NCBI GenBank assembly: GCA_044238605.1
Contig: JBIICY010000001.1
Span: forward strand, 9,433-73,432
Length of the DNA: 64,000 bases
Origin: Patescibacteria group bacterium
GTDB lineage: Bacteria; Bacteroidota; Ignavibacteria; Kapaibacteriales; Kapaibacteriaceae
Reading direction: 5' to 3'
Positions 60,411 through 64,000 of this stretch are shown here, in pieces (the stretch's first letter is position 1; every line of letters starts with the position of its first letter). The notes under the pieces are model-generated. The model was not told where the DNA came from, did not search any database, and saw only the letters and a program-made list of their open reading frames with translations. Both the position numbers and the translations under genes were made by a program.

Positions 60411-61445
60411 ATGGACTATGTTATAGTTACCCTCGCTATTGCTGTGAGCGGACTCTGTGAGTTCGCTGCTTCAGTGCTTGTGAACCTTCCTATGGGAGTT
60501 GTAGCAACCATGTCAGACGAAGGCTCGCCAGCCGGCATCAGGTTAAAGCATGCAATCGACGAGCCAGTAGAAGCGCAACTTGCCATTCGGCTGGTAGATC
60601 TTGCAGTTCTTGTTGGAGCAGTCCTAACTCTGGCGACACTCTTTGCGATAGACGGGAGTTCGTTCTACACCGAATCAGCAATTCTTGTTTCAGGTATCGC
60701 ACTATTCAAGATCGTGTTTTCTGTGATCGGAGAGCGCATCTCTGATCGATCCTTGCTCTTTACCAGTAAGCTTTTCTCTGTGATCACCGCTCTCGCTACG
60801 CCAATGCTGCTGGTGCGTCGGGGATTACTTGCGCTCACAAAACCGCGCACACAGGAGGAAGAGGAAGAAGAGGCGAGAGAAGAACTTGAAGCACTGGTAG
60901 AAACTGCACGCGAGGAAGGGGCTCTCGATCCCGGTGAGTACAGGATCATGACCAATATCATGCAGTTGAGCAGTATTGAGGTAACAGATGTAATGACGCC
61001 TCGTACCGTTGTGTCTGGTCTTGCTTCGGAGTTAACGGTAGCAGAAGCAATCAAACGGCCAGAACTGCAGATGTTCTCGAGAATGCCAGTGTATGAAGGG
61101 GCAGATCTTGATTCGGTAGCAGGATATGTGATGACGAAGGACATCCTCCGTGCTGCGGTAGCTGGGCGTCAGTCAGCAGAGATAGGCCGTCTGAAGCGTG
61201 AGATCGGATTCATTCCCGAGAACATCACGCTTGACCATGCTCTGGAGCAGTTTCTGCAGCAGCGTCAGCATGTGTTCATGGTTGTAGATGAGCACGGCGG
61301 TGTCGAGGGCATCATCACCATGGAAGACGTCCTTGAAACAATGCTCGGTGCCGAGATCGTAGACGAAGCAGACCATGTTGTGGATCTTCGAGCTCTTGCA
61401 AAACAACGCCGAGATGCTCGCGTTGCCCGAATCAGCCAATCGTAA
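60411..61445 (+). CDS. CNNM/CorC-family transporter (DUF21 + CBS pair)
   Basis: N-terminal TM DUF21 region, then a CBS pair (VMTPRTVVSGL..., IITMEDVLETMLG). Confidence 0.75.
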   Translation: MDYVIVTLAIAVSGLCEFAASVLVNLPMGVVATMSDEGSPAGIRLKHAIDEPVEAQLAIRLVDLAVLVGAVLTLATLFAIDGSSFYTESAILVSGIALFKIVFSVIGERISDRSLLFTSKLFSVITALATPMLLVRRGLLALTKPRTQEEEEEEAREELEALVETAREEGALDPGEYRIMTNIMQLSSIEVTDVMTPRTVVSGLASELTVAEAIKRPELQMFSRMPVYEGADLDSVAGYVMTKDILRAAVAGRQSAEIGRLKREIGFIPENITLDHALEQFLQQRQHVFMVVDEHGGVEGIITMEDVLETMLGAEIVDEADHVVDLRALAKQRRDARVARISQS

Positions 61446-62802
61446 TATTCTTTACGTTGACAAATTCCAGCATGCCCCATCGGCCGAGTTCTCTTCCGTA
61501 ACCGGATTTCTTAACACCACCGAACGGAAGACGTGCATCGCTTCGAACGAAGTCATTGATGAACACCGTGCCGCACTCGAGTCTGCGTGCTATTGTAGAG
61601 GCACGATCCAGATCCCGGGAGCAGATGGCCGCGCCAAGTCCAAGCGATGATGAGTTTGCAAGCGCAACGGCTTCGTGTTCATCGCTGAAGGTGGTAACTG
61701 TTGCTACTGGTCCAAACAGCTCTTCCTGGAACGCGGGGTTCGACGCATCAACGTCGACAAGTAATGTTGGACAGACGTAGAAACCCTCCATCCCAGCATC
61801 GACTGCACCTCTGCGTGTTACGCACCGGGCCCCGGCCTGCAATGCTCGTTTAAGTTGATCCAGCAGAAGATGTTGGAGATCGTGTCGTGCCAACGGTCCG
61901 ATCTCTGTTGCCGGATCCATAGGGCTGCCAACAACCATTGCATCAAAGCGGTCTTGCACTCGGCGAATGAACTCATCAGCGACAGATTGATGCACGATGA
62001 ATCTCTTTGCTGCTATGCAGGATTGACCGCTGTTAATCGTACGTCCTGTTGCACACATCGCCGCTGCAATGTCTACATCTGCATCATGACATATGATGTA
62101 CGGGTCGCTGCCCCCTAACTCCATCACAGATTTTTTGAGATACTTCCCTGCAAGAGCAGCTACAATAGAGCCTGCACCTGTGCTACCGGTAAATGTGACA
62201 GCATGAATTCTATCATCTGCAATCACTGATTCAACATGCTCAACGTCAATGCGCAGGTCTGCAACCAGTTCCTCTGGTATGCCAGCAATATGACAGAGCC
62301 GCGCAGCCATCATGCCACATCCCATTGTTGATGGTGCATGCTTGAGCAGGACCGCATTCCCAGCAAGCAGTGCGGGCACGGCAAACCGAAAAAACTGCCA
62401 CATCGGAAAATTCCACGGCATGATCGAGAAGACAGTGCCCAAGGGTTCATGTATGACAAGACTGCTTCGAAATCCTGCATCAACACTTACATCTGAAAGC
62501 ACTTCGGGAGCTATACCGGCCATGTAGCGGCACAGTGAGGCGCATTTGAGCAGTTCTGCCCTGCTCTGAGCAAGGGGCTTACCCATCTCCTTTGTGATCA
62601 GACGAGCAGCAGGCTCGCTATGCCGTTCTAACGCGTCTGCCAGATCAAGTATGCGCAGAGCCCGTTCATGAAGTGGAGTAGCAGCCCACAGTTTCTGCAC
62701 ACGAAATGCCTCGGATATTCGTGACTCGCATTCAGCAGCACTGTGACTTGGATATACAGCACAGATTTGTCCTGTAGCTGGGTTGACACTGGTAAAACTC
62801 AT
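61432..62802 (-). CDS. NAD(P)-dependent aldehyde dehydrogenase (succinate-semialdehyde dehydrogenase-like)
   Basis: ALDH motifs: catalytic Cys region ([14 protein letters not shown]), Glu region ([10 protein letters not shown]) and FTGSTGAG. Confidence 0.8.
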   Translation of the reverse strand: MSFTSVNPATGQICAVYPSHSAAECESRISEAFRVQKLWAATPLHERALRILDLADALERHSEPAARLITKEMGKPLAQSRAELLKCASLCRYMAGIAPEVLSDVSVDAGFRSSLVIHEPLGTVFSIMPWNFPMWQFFRFAVPALLAGNAVLLKHAPSTMGCGMMAARLCHIAGIPEELVADLRIDVEHVESVIADDRIHAVTFTGSTGAGSIVAALAGKYLKKSVMELGGSDPYIICHDADVDIAAAMCATGRTINSGQSCIAAKRFIVHQSVADEFIRRVQDRFDAMVVGSPMDPATEIGPLARHDLQHLLLDQLKRALQAGARCVTRRGAVDAGMEGFYVCPTLLVDVDASNPAFQEELFGPVATVTTFSDEHEAVALANSSSLGLGAAICSRDLDRASTIARRLECGTVFINDFVRSDARLPFGGVKKSGYGRELGRWGMLEFVNVKNITIG

Positions 62803-62826
62803 AAAAACAAAATTACATTTGTGCCC

Positions 62827-63597
62827 ATGGAAACTCTCTTCACTGTCGACGGCATTGTTGCTCTTGTTACGTTAACGATCCTAGAGATCGTTCTGGGAAT
62901 TGACAATATCATCTTTATTTCAATTCTCGTTGGACGCCTTCCCGAATCACAGCAGGCAAAGGCACGCTCCATCGGTCTGTCGTTAGCGCTCATCCTCCGG
63001 CTTGTCTTCCTCATGGGTGCTGTTTGGATTGCCCAGCTCACAACCCCACTCGTTACTATTCCGAAGATGTTACTGATGTCTGGAGATTGGGGCATTAGTG
63101 GACGTGACATGATCATGATGGCAGGGGGCTTGTTTCTTCTGGCAAAGGCCACTAGCGAACTGCATGCAAAACTCGAAGGTGAGCAGCACCCAGATCAGGC
63201 AAGTGCCAAAGGTTCTGCTTTTGGCATGATGATCTTTCAGATTATCCTTTTGGATCTTGTCTTTTCAATTGATTCGGTCATCACCGCAATTGGCCTATCC
63301 CAGGACTTCGCAGTCATGGCCATCGCTGTGATCGTGGCTGTTATTGTTATGCAGCTCAGCGCAGGCGGTGTTTCCAGGTTCATTCACCAGCACCCTACCG
63401 TAAAAATACTGGCACTGGCATTCCTTCTGATGGTAGGACTTGTCTTAGTTCTTGAGGGAGTAGCTGTACATGTGCCGAAAGGCTATGTGTACTTTGCAAT
63501 GGCCTTCTCGATTTCGGTTGAGTTCCTGAATATGCGCCTACGAAAGAAGGTTCCCGGTGGTACAGTTGAGCTCAGAGAGCCCCAGCTTCCAGAATAA
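62827..63597 (+). CDS. TerC-family integral membrane protein
   Basis: ILEIVLGIDNIIFISIL and a later LSQDFAVMAIAV-type repeat of the TerC signature. I set the start at METLFTV. Confidence 0.7.
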   Translation: METLFTVDGIVALVTLTILEIVLGIDNIIFISILVGRLPESQQAKARSIGLSLALILRLVFLMGAVWIAQLTTPLVTIPKMLLMSGDWGISGRDMIMMAGGLFLLAKATSELHAKLEGEQHPDQASAKGSAFGMMIFQIILLDLVFSIDSVITAIGLSQDFAVMAIAVIVAVIVMQLSAGGVSRFIHQHPTVKILALAFLLMVGLVLVLEGVAVHVPKGYVYFAMAFSISVEFLNMRLRKKVPGGTVELREPQLPE

Positions 63598-63675
63598 GTT
63601 ATACCCATCGCTTGCTTTCTGATGAAGGTATTTCTATTATTATTGATAACTCGAAATGCCTAGAAAGGGGCCTGT

Positions 63676-64000
63676 ATGCCCAAGAATCCAGCCGCGTCTA
63701 TAGATACGTCGAATATGTTCGACACCTTGTACCGTTTTTCTGAACAGGTCAAGGATGCCGTACACATCGGTGAAAGCGCCCCCTTGTGGCGTCAGCAAGC
63801 TACCTCTAACCGCTATGCATTCTTCGGCTTAGGCGGATCTGCAATAGGTGCAGACCTCCTCCGAAGCTATGCGGCCGTTACGCCAGGAGCCGACCACCTG
63901 AACATCTCCGTGCACCGTGGCTATACGGTACCATCGTGGATGGATTCTGATACAAACGTGGTGTGCTCGAGCTATTCTGGCGAAACAGAGGAGACACTTG
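63676..64000 (+). CDS. SIS-domain glucose-6-phosphate/mannose-6-phosphate isomerase (bifunctional PGI/PMI-type), 5' partial and truncated by the window end
   Basis: RYAFFGLGGSAIGADLL...VVCSSYSGETEETL is an SIS phosphosugar-binding motif. Confidence 0.5.
   Translation, partial: MPKNPAASIDTSNMFDTLYRFSEQVKDAVHIGESAPLWRQQATSNRYAFFGLGGSAIGADLLRSYAAVTPGADHLNISVHRGYTVPSWMDSDTNVVCSSYSGETEETL

Overview
This is a 64 kb chromosomal segment at roughly 55-58% GC, estimated by eye. It most likely comes from an FCB-group bacterium (Bacteroidota/Rhodothermota-like). Supporting clues are a giant metzincin with a type-IX-secretion C-terminal sorting domain, an archaeal-type ProRS, BshC, a CrtI-like desaturase, BamD and LolC/E. 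Most of the window (12.8-64 kb) is densely packed housekeeping genes: cysS, hutI, manC, asd, murC, two SurA-like PPIases, era, bamD, ruvB, proS, lepA, two lepB, hemW, lolE, ppk1, ligA, an S8 peptidase, a double amidohydrolase, bshC, a crtI-like gene and others. The first 12 kb is an accessory region built from a recurring composite palindromic repeat scaffold. That scaffold carries three paralogous two-gene modules (an extended Gp49/RelE-HigB-like toxin plus an XRE-HTH antitoxin), a KilA-N gene, a zeta-toxin-like P-loop kinase and a degenerate copy of the kinase 5' end. The two repeat/TA blocks flank an operon encoding a secreted LamG/Ig tandem-repeat protein and a TMTC/PMT-like glycosyltransferase. 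A second notable theme is that short palindromic/minisatellite elements sit in-frame inside housekeeping genes (epimerase, DUF2520 protein, hutI). One 9-mer microsatellite supplies the identical C-terminal 'AASSE-stop' to two unrelated genes. I found no rRNA, tRNA or CRISPR array.
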